Source: Octopus vulgaris (taxonomy: Eukaryota). Taken from it: a stretch of 64,000 nucleotides of DNA. Below, one piece after another: positions 42,480 through 54,893 of the stretch. The stretch lies in the NCBI GenBank assembly GCA_951406725.2, contig OX597830.1:49166001-49230000 (forward strand), read 5' to 3'. The notes under the pieces were generated by a model. The model was not told the origin of the DNA, searched no databases, and worked only from the letters and a program-made list of their open reading frames with translations. Numbering within the stretch: position 1 is the first letter of the stretch; the number at the start of each line of letters is the position of its first letter. The translations under genes were made by a program, and so were the position numbers.

Positions 42480-43304
42480 CCGTTTAATGAGGGGAGATAA
42501 AAAAAAGAAAGAGAGTAAGAAATGATACAACTGATGATAGAGATGCAGCAGATATAATGGGAAGAATATTGGTGCTATTTTCAAAAACAATAGGATATTC
42601 TAGTGCTACAACTACTGGTACTGCTGATATTTTCATCGTAGCACTTGCTATTGCTCTTGTTTTTGTTTTTGTTGTCGTATCTGATGCAAAGACCTTGTTT
42701 ATTGATTAGCTAAGCGTCCCCGTTGAAAGACAGGAAATTAAGGTTAACTGGACGGAGAAAATATTTAATAAACTATTGAGAATTAGGCGGATATTAATGG
42801 GGAAATTAATTCAAAATAAGTCACAACAACAACAACAACAACAACAACTGTATCAACGATAACAAGAAGTGCAACTAGAAATCCTACGAAACAATACCTC
42901 CATTACAACGACTACAGTCAGAACAACAACAACACGACGACGACGTAGCTTTTAAAACAGCCACAACATACGTGGTTGCTACAACACTGTAGATCGATCA
43001 CAACCAAAGCAACCATCACAATCAAGTCGATTTCACAAAAAACACCGATCAAAATATGACAAGTAATTAAAAAATTATGTCAATATTGTATCTTCTCAGT
43101 TGTCAAAGTTAATTTTAATTACGCAATAATAATAATAATAATAAAAAATATTATGAGTTAAACATTTAGCTAACGAGCTAGACGCAGGCTTAGTGAAGGA
43201 AGCCGGCGTGTCTCCATTACAAAGTTTTGTAAAAACTGATCCAAATTCGATCCTCCTGCAAGTCTCCAAGTATGGTTTGGAGCTGAGCAATAATTAATAT
43301 TTTA

Positions 43305-43935
43305 ACTTTTACTTGTTTTAATCATTGGACTGAGGCTATGATGGGGCACTGCCTTGAAGAATTTTATTCGAAAATATCTACCCCAGTACTTGTGGAAGCG
43401 CTTGACTTAGTGGTTAGCCTGGTAGACACATGATCGTAAGATTGTGGCTTCGATTCCCGGAGCAGGCGACGCATTGTATTTTTGAGAAAAACACTTCATT
43501 TCACGTTGCTCTAGTCCACTCAGCCGACAAAAATGAGTTACTCTGCGATGGACCAGGCAGGGGGTATATACGCCATGAAACTGAGAAACCGGCCATTATC
43601 AGTTGGCAAGACTCGAGAAGGTAACTTTACCTTTTACCTAACTTTACCCCAGTATTTTGTTTGAAAGGCTGGTACTTGTTCAACAGGTCTGTTTGGAAGA
43701 AATACAAGTTACGGGGACGTAACTAACCAACACCGATTGCAAACTGTGGTAGGATACAAACATAAATATACATACATATATACAACGAGCGTCTTTCAGT
43801 TTCCGTCTACCAAATCCACTTACAAGACTTTACTCAGCTCGCAGCTATAGTAAAAGATACGCATTGATACTTCAGTGGAATTGAACCCGGACCAATGTTT
43901 TTGGAAAGCAGACATCTTACCACACAGCTGCACCT
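43305..43935 (-). mobile_element. SINE family A copy interrupted by another SINE
   Basis: Tail part 43305-43390 and body/head 43645-43935 are collinear with the family A reverse strand. Confidence 0.8.
43391..43644 (+). mobile_element. tRNA-derived SINE family D nested in SINE A, TSD TACCCCAGTA
   Basis: Head GTGGAAGCGCTTGACTTAGTGGTTAG..GGCTTCGATTCCC; (CTTTAC)n-like tail; TACCCCAGTA at 43379-88 and 43645-54. Confidence 0.85.
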
Positions 43936-44174
43936 GAATTTGTCTGACAGAAACATAGTGGGGTTAATAGTAATTTTTTTTCTTTAACAAATAAACTCAA
44001 CTTGAAAATCTCAGACATATTATGTCTGATCTGGAGATCAATGAAAGGAAACTCGTACTATAATGCACGAGTCCGCCTTGCAGTTTTCTCGTTCACGGCA
44101 TGAATATATATATAAAGTTTTAATGCTGGATAGTTTTCAATTTAAATTCCTTTTGTCCGGTGCAATTATCTATG

Positions 44175-44221
<47 letters not shown>

Positions 44222-44396
44222 CTTTATCTTTTTTTCCTTCCCTTTTTTTTCTTCTTTCCCTTTTACGATCCCTTTTGATCAAAAAACTACTCCACTTTTT
44301 TTTCATCTCCAAAAGAAAATCTCTACTTTGTAATCTGCCCCGTCTGTGTGCAGTCCTGTGCGGCTAATAAAGAAACATATCTATCTCTTTATCTCT

Positions 44397-44437
<41 letters not shown>

Positions 44438-44851
44438 TCTGTCTGTCTGTCTGTCTGTGTGTATATATGTCTATCGTCACACATATAGATACATACACAT
44501 GATAGAATATTCCCATAAAAGGATGTTTCTATTGGTCATCCAAATCTACATCAGATTACATCCGCGCCGTCATAGATCAGAAAAAAATTAATCTGTTCTA
44601 ATATGCAGGGAATGCATGTGATGGTCACAGTTGAAGTTTCCTTGATAACAGGGTTGATCAATCACTGCTAATTTGGAGCTACAAATAGATGTTAGTGTCA
44701 CGTAACTGAAGACCCGCCTGACAAGAAGCAGTGAGGTGGATGTAGCGATGTTAGAGGTCTTCTCCATCAAATATTAAATAGGCGCGCATTTATGAACAAT
44801 GAACAAGATGAAGACTAGAAAATGAACAAATCGGAAGACTAGAAAATTCTA

Positions 44852-44965
44852 GAAATATAACATGTCTTGAATGGCATAACAATGCAGAGTGGACTATAAT
44901 AAATGTTATAACAGTTATTATAACACACTCTGCATTGTTGTGCCATTCAAGACATGTTATATTTC
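44852..44965. repeat. 114-bp palindrome (57-bp arms, no loop)
   Basis: GAAATATAACATGTCTTGAATGGCA...TGTTATAACA...TGCCATTCAAGACATGTTATATTTC; about 5 mismatches. Confidence 0.92.
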
Positions 44966-45959
44966 ACAAACAATACACAATGCTTCAAGCGAACTACAAT
45001 ACTCTCCTATAATATTTGAGTGAAGAGGACATATAGTGTAGTTTACAGTCATGTGACCTCGAAATACGAACTTTAACATGAAGCTGAGTTAATCATCAAT
45101 GATTAATATATTTAACGGTTACTACGATTGATACATGAGAAACAACAGATTGTATGAAGAGGGATGGAGGTAGGAATGACAGTCTTGAAAAGGGTGCAGT
45201 ATATATCGAAGGAAGACTTAGGTAATGAGGTAACATGTGAAGCGAGGTAGTCAATGGATTACAATCATGGGAAGCGTAGAAAAACAATTGGGACTAAAAA
45301 TACGCATGTTAAAAGCGAAAGTGAAGAAAAAAAATAAAGGTAAATATTAAAGTACAACAGAGCATTTGCAATGATATTCTACAAACAGAATGGAATTTTG
45401 CTGACTGACTTAATATTTATGAACAAGTGTATTTGTAGATCTTAAAATTAGAACGGCATGGAGCTTTAAAATAGGATCAATAACTCCACAGACACCATTA
45501 TTTTTAATGTTAAAAATATTCCCTTGGTTCCGACGATGCCGTTAGAATTATGGTTACACATCCAAGGCTTGTAGAGCAGATACATTGTTGCCATGGATAG
45601 TTTGAGAAATTTTGAGATTTCTCTATTGTTCTTATCACTGGTGGAAATAATGTCTTGTTTCATTCTTGAAAGGAAAAAGACAATAATATTAATAGTAATA
45701 ATAATAATAAATTGATAGAAATTTTCTGGTGTAATTCCGGATTAATCTATTCGGTTGAGATTAGGATAGCTTAAATATGTGAACGGTGTAGGTCTGAGTG
45801 TTATATAGAACTAAACACGTATGTCCGTCATGTGCCACATATTTATAACGGAGACAAACAGGAACTTAAGCGGAAACTAAAATAAACTTTCTCGTAGACA
45901 AAGCTGGAGTAAAATGAAAAATCTAACTCCAGTCATCTTTTATAGCATGTAAAAATGAT

Positions 45960-46008
45960 AATGATGACGACGACGACGACGACGACGATGATGATGATGA
46001 TGATGATG

Positions 46009-46071
<63 letters not shown>

Positions 46072-46088
46072 TTAACAATAATAATAAC
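45960..46088. repeat. Compound (GAC)n-(GAT)n-(AAT)n microsatellite
   Basis: Direct reading. Confidence 0.9.
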
Positions 46089-46431
46089 ATGAATACATTC
46101 CATTTTAGAAAATATAATCAATTATTCTGTTTCTTTTAAAACAAGCGTCTTCCTTCCTTTTCTTTCGTGTTTGTAAAATACATCTAACTCACACAGGGCA
46201 AAAACATACAAACTAACAACACAAACAAAATGGAAACAAATGTATGTTTTCGTAATTCTAATCTTTTATTCAATCTCTCTTATGAATTACAAAAACATGA
46301 AATTGTTTCTTTAAGTCTTCGAGCCGAAAATCTTGGATGAATGCAATCATATATGAAGATGTTGCATGCAGGCACACATTTAGATGTTGCTCTCTCTCTC
46401 CCTCTCTCTGTTTCTCACACACACACGGGCA

Positions 46432-46469
<38 letters not shown>

Positions 46470-46565
46470 GGTATGTAGAAAAAGTATGTCAAGTGTGTAT
46501 ATTATATGCGTGTGTAAAAACAATGCATCTATTGTTATGCAAATATATAAACATATGCAATCGAA

Positions 46566-46632
<67 letters not shown>

Positions 46633-46693
46633 TTGTATGTGTATGTATCTATTTTTGTGTGTATGTATCTCTCCTTCTCTATATGTGTGTGTT

Positions 46694-46871
46694 TGATCCC
46701 ATGCTAATATATCGTATGTGTCTGTGTGTTTGTATTTTAGTCGTAGAAATACTATCTATCTATATACGTTTGTATGTATCTCTCTCTCTCTGAAACTCTT
46801 TCTCTCTCTCTTTGTGATCCCATGCTAATATATCGTATGTGTCTGTGTGTTTGTATTTCAGTCGTAGGAAT
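46694..46871. repeat. Direct duplication of a ~57-bp core with 121-bp period
   Basis: TGATCCCATGCTAATATATCGTATGTGTCTGTGTGTTTGTATTT(T/C)AGTCGTAG(A/G)AAT at 46694 and 46815. Confidence 0.9.
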
Positions 46872-47437
46872 GCATTTCTTGGAGCTATGCACTTTACATA
46901 TCCCTTCCCACCAAATAATATCAATTTCTTTGAGAAGCTACACTATCAAACCACACTGTTCATTTATCCAAGATCCATATCATGCATTGCATATTAATTT
47001 AAAAGATTTCCCAATAGGTCTTCTCCATTGTTTCTAATGGTATAAGACAAGAAAGTTCAATTTCTATCAAGTGCATTGTTTGTCGGAATACAATATCTGA
47101 AAGCGTGCCAGGAATTCAGAAGTAGAGTGGAAAATTAGTTTGGAATTTATTATCAGTGAATCACAAGAGTTAATGTAATAAATATTAATTCACTAAAAGC
47201 AACTCTTCTTTTCTGCTGAACACTTATTACATCAAGTACTTTCATTGGAATATAATTCAAGGTAACTGTAGAAAACTACACATGAAATATCACTTCTGTT
47301 TGGGGTTGAAAACGCTACTTCTACTTTTACTAGTGCACAGTTTTGTGTACCTTGCGCACGTGCAGTGATTCTGTTTTGTATTAGTTTTTTTGTTGTAATC
47401 AAAAGAGTTATTTTATATTAATATTACTTCTACTATA

Positions 47438-47635
47438 CGAGGCGGCGAGCTGGCAGGATGGTTACGACAGCCTTCTAAGTGATATTTCTACTCACTTGAC
47501 GTTCGGAGTTCAAATTTCACCGCCGAGAATTTTCCTCATTTCGCAGTCGATAAAATAAATAGCTGTTTGGTGTTGATGTAATCGACATGATCCCTTTTTA
47601 AAATATATTTCAGACCTTGCACCGACGATGAAAAG
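47438..47635 (+). mobile_element. SINE family B, degenerate
   Basis: GAGGCGGCGAGCTGGCAG..GAGTTCAAATTTC..GTCGATAAAATAA. Confidence 0.7.
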
Positions 47636-48621
47636 AAAGTTACTTCCACCAACCATGGTGATTGACAATGCAGGACAGCACTGTATAGCTAAAAAAGAGA
47701 GTTAAAAACCCTCGCCCGCAAAGAAGCAATATCTATGCTCTGACAGGGGATATAACCACCCTCTCTCTCTCACTACCTATCTATCTATAATCATGCATTC
47801 GCGATTCAATTTAGAAAGCGTTTATAACTATTTTAAGTATGACAAACACAGTATGAGGATGCGCTTAGAATATTTTCAGGTCCTAATTTTAGCATTTTCT
47901 ATCAGTGAAGAATTATTACATCTATTTTCTAACCCCCTTTTCTATTTTACATCTGCGTTCTCAGGGTGTTGGCAGAGTGTCATGGGATGGAGTACCACAA
48001 GTGATTGCTACTTGTGGGTAGATTACCACAAGTGATTGATACATGTGAATCTATTCCTCGACATCAAAATGTGAAGCAGAAAAGTTTCCGCTTCCATATA
48101 GTTGTTAATAGCCGATGTTTTACAGTGCCATTTGTGTCAGTGAGAATCGGATTAGTAACACGATGAAAACTGCAAGGAACCTGCTCTTTTAGCTGCTTTA
48201 TCTGGTGCTTTCTGTAACGTATTTACGAATTTCTCCCTTTAGAATTTCTATATGGGAAGCTAGACATGTTCCTTAATAGCTTGCTTGGTACAACTGTGGC
48301 AACCTCTAAGGGTTCCAACTTGATTTCTGCTCAATAAGATAGTTATTCAGTGTTGTTACGTTCTCTCTTTTGTCTTAAAAACTGATGAAGGCAAAATGTC
48401 TGAACTTTATAACACAGACAGCATTTTTATATTGAATCCGGAGAATCAAATGAATATTGCAAAGCTTAATTCTTGAAACCGAAGATATTTTATGAGTCGG
48501 ATTATATAAACTTTTAGTTATGTCGTTTGTCGTAAACCGTTCAGGGCAGTATGATATTGTATGGTGTACTGAATCTAAAATAAACCATTAGTCGTCATTT
48601 ATTATACATATTGTCCACGTT

Positions 48622-48780
48622 AGTCCCCGTTACTTAGCGGTTCGGCAAAAGAGACCGATTGAATAAGTACTGGGCTTACAAAAAGAATAAGTCCCAGGGT
48701 CGAGTTGCTCGACTAAAAGGCGGTGCTCCAGCATGACCGCAGTCAAAATGACTGAAACAAGGAAAAAGAAAAAAGAAAAG
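48622..48780 (+). mobile_element. SINE family A, 3' half
   Basis: GTCCCCGTTACTTAGCGGTTCGGCAAAAGAGACCGA...TGACTGAAACAAG. Confidence 0.88.
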
Positions 48781-48892
48781 GAATTGTAGGAGGCGTAGTT
48801 ATTCCTTAGAATATATCAGTGGTCTTGTATCGCCAAACTGTGTTGTTGTTGTTTACCTGCTGAGGCTAAATTTGTCCATCAAGTCAAACCTC

Positions 48893-48937
<45 letters not shown>

Positions 48938-49130
48938 CGAGGAGATGCTAAAACATTGCTGGCTTTGGGTAAATAAAAGAAAATACAGAGGATCAGTATT
49001 CATTCAACATATTCCCCTCTCAGATGCATACACTTATTGCAGAGGTCCTTCAGTTTTTCTAAGCCATCTTAAAGAACTCGGAAGTTTGGGCCTCCAAGCA
49101 AGCTTTTGGTGATAACCTTAGAGTCAGAAA

Positions 49131-49135
<5 letters not shown>
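48938..49135. mobile_element. Mariner-derived non-autonomous element (MITE) between (TA)n tracts
   Basis: TA|CGAGG terminus as in the mariner at 33378; partial inverted right end (GTCAGAAACTTTT). Confidence 0.55.
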
Positions 49136-49209
<74 letters not shown>

Positions 49210-49631
49210 AGATAGATAAATAGATAGATAGATAGGTAGATATATATATATATATATATATATACGCCATTCAGTTCGGGGGAATGATCAGAAAATTTTT
49301 CCCATTTAAGTTAATATTAGTACTACATAATCCGCTGAAGATGTGAGGGTGAGATTTGAAGGGGATTTAGCTGTATATCTTAGTTGCTGAGCGACTCTAT
49401 GCAAACTTTTCCCAGAAGCCTCTAAGTGTGAGAGGTGTACATTGTGTCAAAAGTAAGCAACGGTCTGCCAACAGAAACCATGCCATTTACAAATTAAACT
49501 TCCTCTTAGTTGTAATATCAGCAGCAGCAGAATCGATGCTACTTTGGAAATGAGAATTCTTTTTCACTGATTACACAATCTATTTCAATAAACCTCCGGT
49601 TACTGTTATACAACATATTTTTTACGTATGC

Positions 49632-49645
49632 AATCTATTTATCTA

Positions 49646-49676
<31 letters not shown>

Positions 49677-49678
49677 CC

Positions 49679-49766
<88 letters not shown>

Positions 49767-49950
49767 TTATCTATTTATCTATCTATCTACCTACCTACCT
49801 GTCTATGTATGTATTATATATTTATCTATCTATATAACTATCTATCTATCTATCTATGTATCTTTCATCTACCTGCCTACCTTCCTACCTTCTTACCTAC
49901 CAACCTATCTCTCTCTCTTTCTCTCTCTCTCTCCCTCTCTCTCTTTATCT
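49632..49950. repeat. Compound (TCTG)n/(TATC)n/(TACC)n/(TC)n microsatellite; other (TATC)n at ~11965, 44170, 46567, 62059
   Basis: Direct reading; source of the LSIYLSIY ORFs. Confidence 0.9.
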
Positions 49951-50526
49951 ATCTCAGTAGTAAACTTACTTTGTGTGTTTTTGCCTTTTTATATCTGACC
50001 TGTGTGAATATATCTGTTTCAGGCTATATATAAATACTTATATTAAAACTTCATGCATAAACATCCCTTATGTTTTCTTCCGACACAGAAGATGGGTTTT
50101 AAATGTCATTATCAACGTAAGAAAATATTTAGAATCTCTATATATTTTGGTGCTTTACACGAAAATTCAATAAACAAGATATACACTCAATATGATTCAG
50201 TTTCGTGAAACCTTATAACGCTAAACCAACAACGACACAAAAAAAATCATACATGAAGCAACAATGAAACCTAAAAAAGTAATTATATTATTGGGAAGTT
50301 AGATTGTTGGAACCTATTCCACTTCAAGTTTTTCCGTCTATCAAAATAAATGTGAACCAAAGACACGAAAATAGGACGTATTAATGTATATCAAACTGAA
50401 ATTGTCGGCGGATGTGAAAGAAACGTGTCAATTGCGTGGATCGAACGCATACCTTGGTGACATTAGAGAACTTAAAAGTCCGTGTTAATGCCATTGTCCT
50501 CTGAAATTTAAAGTGAAATAAACCTA

Positions 50527-51077
50527 AGGCGGTGAGCTGGCAGAAACATTAGCACGCCGAGTTCAAATTCCGCCGAGGTCGACTTTGTCTTTCATCCTTT
50601 CGGGGTCGATAAATTAAGTACCAGTTACGCACTGGGATCGATGTAATCGACTTAATCCGTGTGTCTGTCCTTGTTTGTCCCCTCTGTGTTTAGCCCCTTG
50701 TGGGTAGTAAAGAAATAGGTATTTCGTCTGCCGCTACGTTCAGAGTTCAAATTCCGCCGAGGTCGACTTTGCCTTTCATCCTTTTGGGGTCGATTAAATA
50801 AGTACCAGTTACGCACTGGGGTCGATATTATCGACTTAATCCGTTTGTCTGCCCTTGGTTGTCCTTGGCAGTAAAGAAATAAGAAACGTTAGCACGCCGG
50901 ACGAAATGCTTAGCTGTATTTCGTCTGTCTTTACGTTCATATTTCAAATTCGGCCGAGTTTGACTTTGCCTTTTATCCTTTCGGGGTCGATAAGTTAAGT
51001 ACCAGTTGTGTACTGGGGTCGATCTAATCGTCTGACCTTTCCTCCCCCAAAATTTTGGCCCTAGTGTCTAGAGTAGA
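50527..51077 (+). mobile_element. Trimeric SINE family B insertion with 17-bp TSD AAAGTGAAATAAACCTA
   Basis: Three units (50527-50717, 50718-50881, 50882-51077), each with TTCAAATTC.GCCGAG..GACTTTG.CTTT.ATCCTTT.GGGGTCGAT; TSD at 50510-26 and 51078-94. Confidence 0.92.
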
Positions 51078-51269
51078 AAAGTGAAATAAACCTATTTTCT
51101 GAACATAAAATTTCATACTTTAGCATATTCACAGTGTTTGCCAATTTTGCTGATATATTGCTTTGGTGTTAATGGTGGTGCGACTGCTGCCGTTAACACG
51201 ACCACCGCCATAAAGTTAGTTGACTACTCATACCATTACTAATATTGTACTGTGCGGTTCCTTGATTGA

Positions 51270-51605
51270 CCCCACCACTCTTAAATCGAGAATTGTTCCT
51301 GTTATTGTAGGTGCCCCATGTATGACAAGAAAGGAATATCAGAAACATCTTGATAATATCCCAGGCGAACCATATCTCAATGAAATCCAAAAGATTGAGC
51401 TGACAACTACTGCCCACAGCCTTAGGAAAACCCTACCAATTTAGATGTATGTGTTGTATAACATAAAGATATTTCGCTACGGCCCCTGCCACTTGCCCTT
51501 CCCAAGCTTTCAGACATATTGTAACATCTCTTATCCTTTACTCGCCCTAGAAAGCTGGGTGTGTCTCAGCGAGCGATTATAACGAACATGCAGATTAAAA
51601 GTAAA
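51270..51605 (+). mobile_element. 3' end of a second, diverged R4/Dong-like family
   Basis: ORF 51220..51444 ends RIVPVIVGAPCM..KHLDNIPG..NEIQKIELTTTAHSLRKTL, alignable to TIPIIIGALGM..IPG/TPG..NIQKIALLGTAHILRRT of the 4.4-kb element; different 3'UTR. Confidence 0.8.
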
Positions 51606-51611
51606 TTATAA

Positions 51612-51964
51612 TGATTTCTGGGGAGGGGAGTAGTCGATTACATCGACAACTATGTTTGACTGGTACTTAATTTATCGATCCTGTAAGGATGAAGAGTTGA
51701 CCTAGGCGGAATTTGAACTCAGAACGTAGTGGCAGGCGAAATACCTATTTCTTCACTACCCACAAGGGGACAAACAAGGACACACAAACGGATTAAGTCG
51801 ATTATATCGACCCCATTGCGTAACTGGTACTTAATTTATCGACCCCGAAAGGCTGAAAGGCAAAGTTGACATCGGCAGAATTTGAACTCAGAACGTAACG
51901 GCAGACGAAATACCACTAAGCATTTCGCCCGGCGCGGTAACGATTCTGCCAGCTCACCGCCTTA
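51612..51964 (-). mobile_element. Dimeric SINE family B copy, inverted relative to 50527-51077
   Basis: Two units; shares the ..GTAGT(A/G)AAGAAATA|GGTATTTCG junction with the trimer. Confidence 0.9.
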
Positions 51965-51993
51965 CTATCACCGCCTTATTATCACTGATGATG

Positions 51994-52054
<61 letters not shown>

Positions 52055-52519
52055 TAAAAATAATAATGTGTAAATATTGCAACGTATATTCCCATTCTTA
52101 CGATGCATCATCATGAATATTCTCATCTTCATCATCATTAGCGACGTTTACATAATTGTTCATAGCTGATATTTCTGTAGCAACGTAATTTCTTCTAAAA
52201 TCTCTCCAGCACCATGCCGTGTAATAATAGACTTTGTTATCACTAACACTTCGATCGTCATCAAATCTGCAGTTCTATGATTGATTGGTGAACCGATAGA
52301 CACGAATCGATAACCTTAATATTTCCTTTGCTGAATCCTACATTTTAAGTATTTACATTGATGACAGCTATGTCAATAATATTTCCCCCCCATAGCAGCA
52401 ATATTTCCGATCGACCAGCTGGGAGAAAACATTAAAATACACTTATAACACACTTTGCACACCGAATACAAGCTAAATGACTGAATCTCTGTGGAGTGCG
52501 TGTGTACGTGCAAATACAT

Positions 52520-52550
<31 letters not shown>

Positions 52551-52588
52551 TACACACACACATATATATATATATATACATATATATT

Positions 52589-52642
<54 letters not shown>

Positions 52643-52670
52643 TATGCGTATATATATATAAATATATATG

Positions 52671-52704
<34 letters not shown>

Positions 52705-52712
52705 CATATATT

Positions 52713-52744
<32 letters not shown>

Positions 52745-52749
52745 TTTAT

Positions 52750-52790
<41 letters not shown>

Positions 52791-53528
52791 CATATACATA
52801 CACGATCTTCCTTTTCCATCAATAAAGAGTAGAGTGATATTACAAGATGGTTTCCTCTAATCCGGATGGATTTTACTTGCTAAACGCTAAGCAATCTATT
52901 TTTCTGTTCGGTTTTACATGTGGTTGCTGAATAATGTCAGTTTAGAACCAATTTTACCGAAGCTCTTAGAATCCCGTCATGTTTCATTATTTGTACAATC
53001 TTTTCGTGCAGTTGACGTAGGTGTCCACCTTGTTGATCTGTACTCTGTGCGCAGATGATGAGTGAAATGCTAAAATCAATTTGACATGCTGAAGTTTAAA
53101 CAAACTAAATATTGAAACAACTTTAATCCTTCATTGCTTCTACATATTTAATAGACCTCAAACAGATGGTTATTCACTTTGAGGCGTTTCTGTTCTTGTT
53201 ATAAAGCAGGACATCGTGACGTTTCGGTTCTTACTATAAAGCAGGATATTCATGACAGTTTATCACTAATGGCTTCGTCAGTTAAAACCAATCTGCACCA
53301 AAAATTCCCCGTCAAGTGTGAAAGCCTCGACAAGGATTTCTTTGGTTCATTTTTTCCCGTGCGATATATATTTGTTCTGCATTCTACAATCGTTAGAACA
53401 GATGTGCCTTACAACCACTGTCGCCGCGGAGAAATACCACCAAGTAATTTGTTCAACTCATCAACAATTTCGCCAAACTGTGGCCTCGACTGTTATTTTT
53501 TTATCCGGACACAAGTGAAATACAAATA

Positions 53529-53670
53529 GGCGCAGGAGTAGCTGTGTGGGTCTGGGTTCAGTCCCACTGCGTGGTAACTTAGTAACTTGGCAAGGGTCTT
53601 CTACTATAGCCTCGGGCCGACCAGAGCCTTGTGAGTGGATTTGGTAGAAGGAAATTGAAAGAAGCGCGTT

Positions 53671-53702
<32 letters not shown>

Positions 53703-53898
53703 TTGTTTGTGTGTCTGTGTTTGTCCCACTACCATCGGTTGACAACCAAAGCTGGTAAAATAGAGGTTCAGCAAAACAGAACGATAAAATAAGTACCAGG
53801 CTTACAAAGAATAAGTCCTAGGGTCGATTTGTTCGATTAAAGAAGGTGCTCCAGCATGGCCACAGTTAAATGGCTGAAACAAGTAAAAGAATAAAAGA

Positions 53899-53899
<1 letters not shown>
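53529..53899 (+). mobile_element. SINE family A copy
   Basis: GGCGCAGGAGTAGCTGTGTGG...GAAACAAGTAAAAGAATAAAAG. Confidence 0.9.
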
Positions 53900-53929
<30 letters not shown>

Positions 53930-53955
53930 ATATTATATATATTGTATATATATAT

Positions 53956-54017
<62 letters not shown>

Positions 54018-54082
54018 TAAGTAGAGTTAGCGGTTGGAATAACCGTCTAATGGATAAGAATATCCTACCGGTATAAATTACT

Positions 54083-54290
54083 GGTGTTTATTGAGCAAAA
54101 ACACCTAAATGTCCACAAGGGTCCGGCAGGGGATGGTGGTGATACCTGCTGTAATCTTTCGCCACAACTCTCTCTCACTCTTTCTTCTGTTGGCTTGCTC
54201 GCTCAGCCAGCGGGGCGGCGTCGTTTGAAGGCTAAAACAATGCGGAGCGCATTGCGACCAGCGATGTATAGCAACATCTGATAGCAACAT
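54083..54290 (+). mobile_element. SINE family C, 5'-truncated
   Basis: Reverse complement of 37630-37835. Confidence 0.85.
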
Positions 54291-54338
54291 CTATATATGG
54301 ACATGTATATATGGACATGTATATATGGACATGTATAT

Positions 54339-54460
54339 ATGTATATATGGACATGTAAGGGAATTTCTATTAGAGAAAACGTCAGACAGAAGATTATATA
54401 TATAATCTTCTGTCTGGCGTTTTCTCTAATAGAAATTTCCTTACATGTCCATATATACAT
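54339..54460. repeat. 122-bp palindrome (61-bp arms, 2 mismatches), preceded by 14-bp tandem repeats TATATGGACATGTA
   Basis: Centre at 54399/54400; a diverged single-arm copy lies at ~55186-55250. Confidence 0.93.
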
Positions 54461-54465
54461 GTCCA

Positions 54466-54837
54466 GGCGCAGGAGTGGCTTTGTGGTAAGTAGCTTGTTT
54501 ACCACATGGTTCCGGGTTCAGTCTCACTGCGTGGCACCTTGGGCAAGTGTCTACTATAGCCTTGAGCCGACCAAAGCCTTGTGAGTTGAATTGGTAGACG
54601 GAAACTGAAAGAAGCCCGTCGTATATGTGTATATATGTGATTTTATACTTGTGTGTGTCTGTGTTTGTCCCCCACCCAATATCGCTTGACAACAGATGGT
54701 GGTTGTTTACGAAAAGAAACCGATAGAGTAAGTACTAGGCTTACAAAGAATAAGTCCTGGTGTCGATTTGCTCGACAAAAGGCGGTGTTCCGACATGGCC
54801 GCATTTAAATGACTGAAACAAGTAAAAGAGTAAAAGA

Positions 54838-54840
<3 letters not shown>
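54466..54840 (+). mobile_element. SINE family A copy
   Basis: Full head to (GAGTAAAA)n tail, then (TA)n. Confidence 0.92.

Positions 54841-54893
<53 letters not shown>

Noticed and set aside
45466-45680. 65-aa minus ORF behind a pyrimidine tract, a possible exon
   Set aside because: Weak acceptor (AAG), no clear donor and no recognisable protein features.
50527-51077. Regularly repeated segments superficially like a CRISPR array
   Set aside because: Units are 160-195-bp SINE monomers without unique spacers; eukaryotic context and no cas genes.
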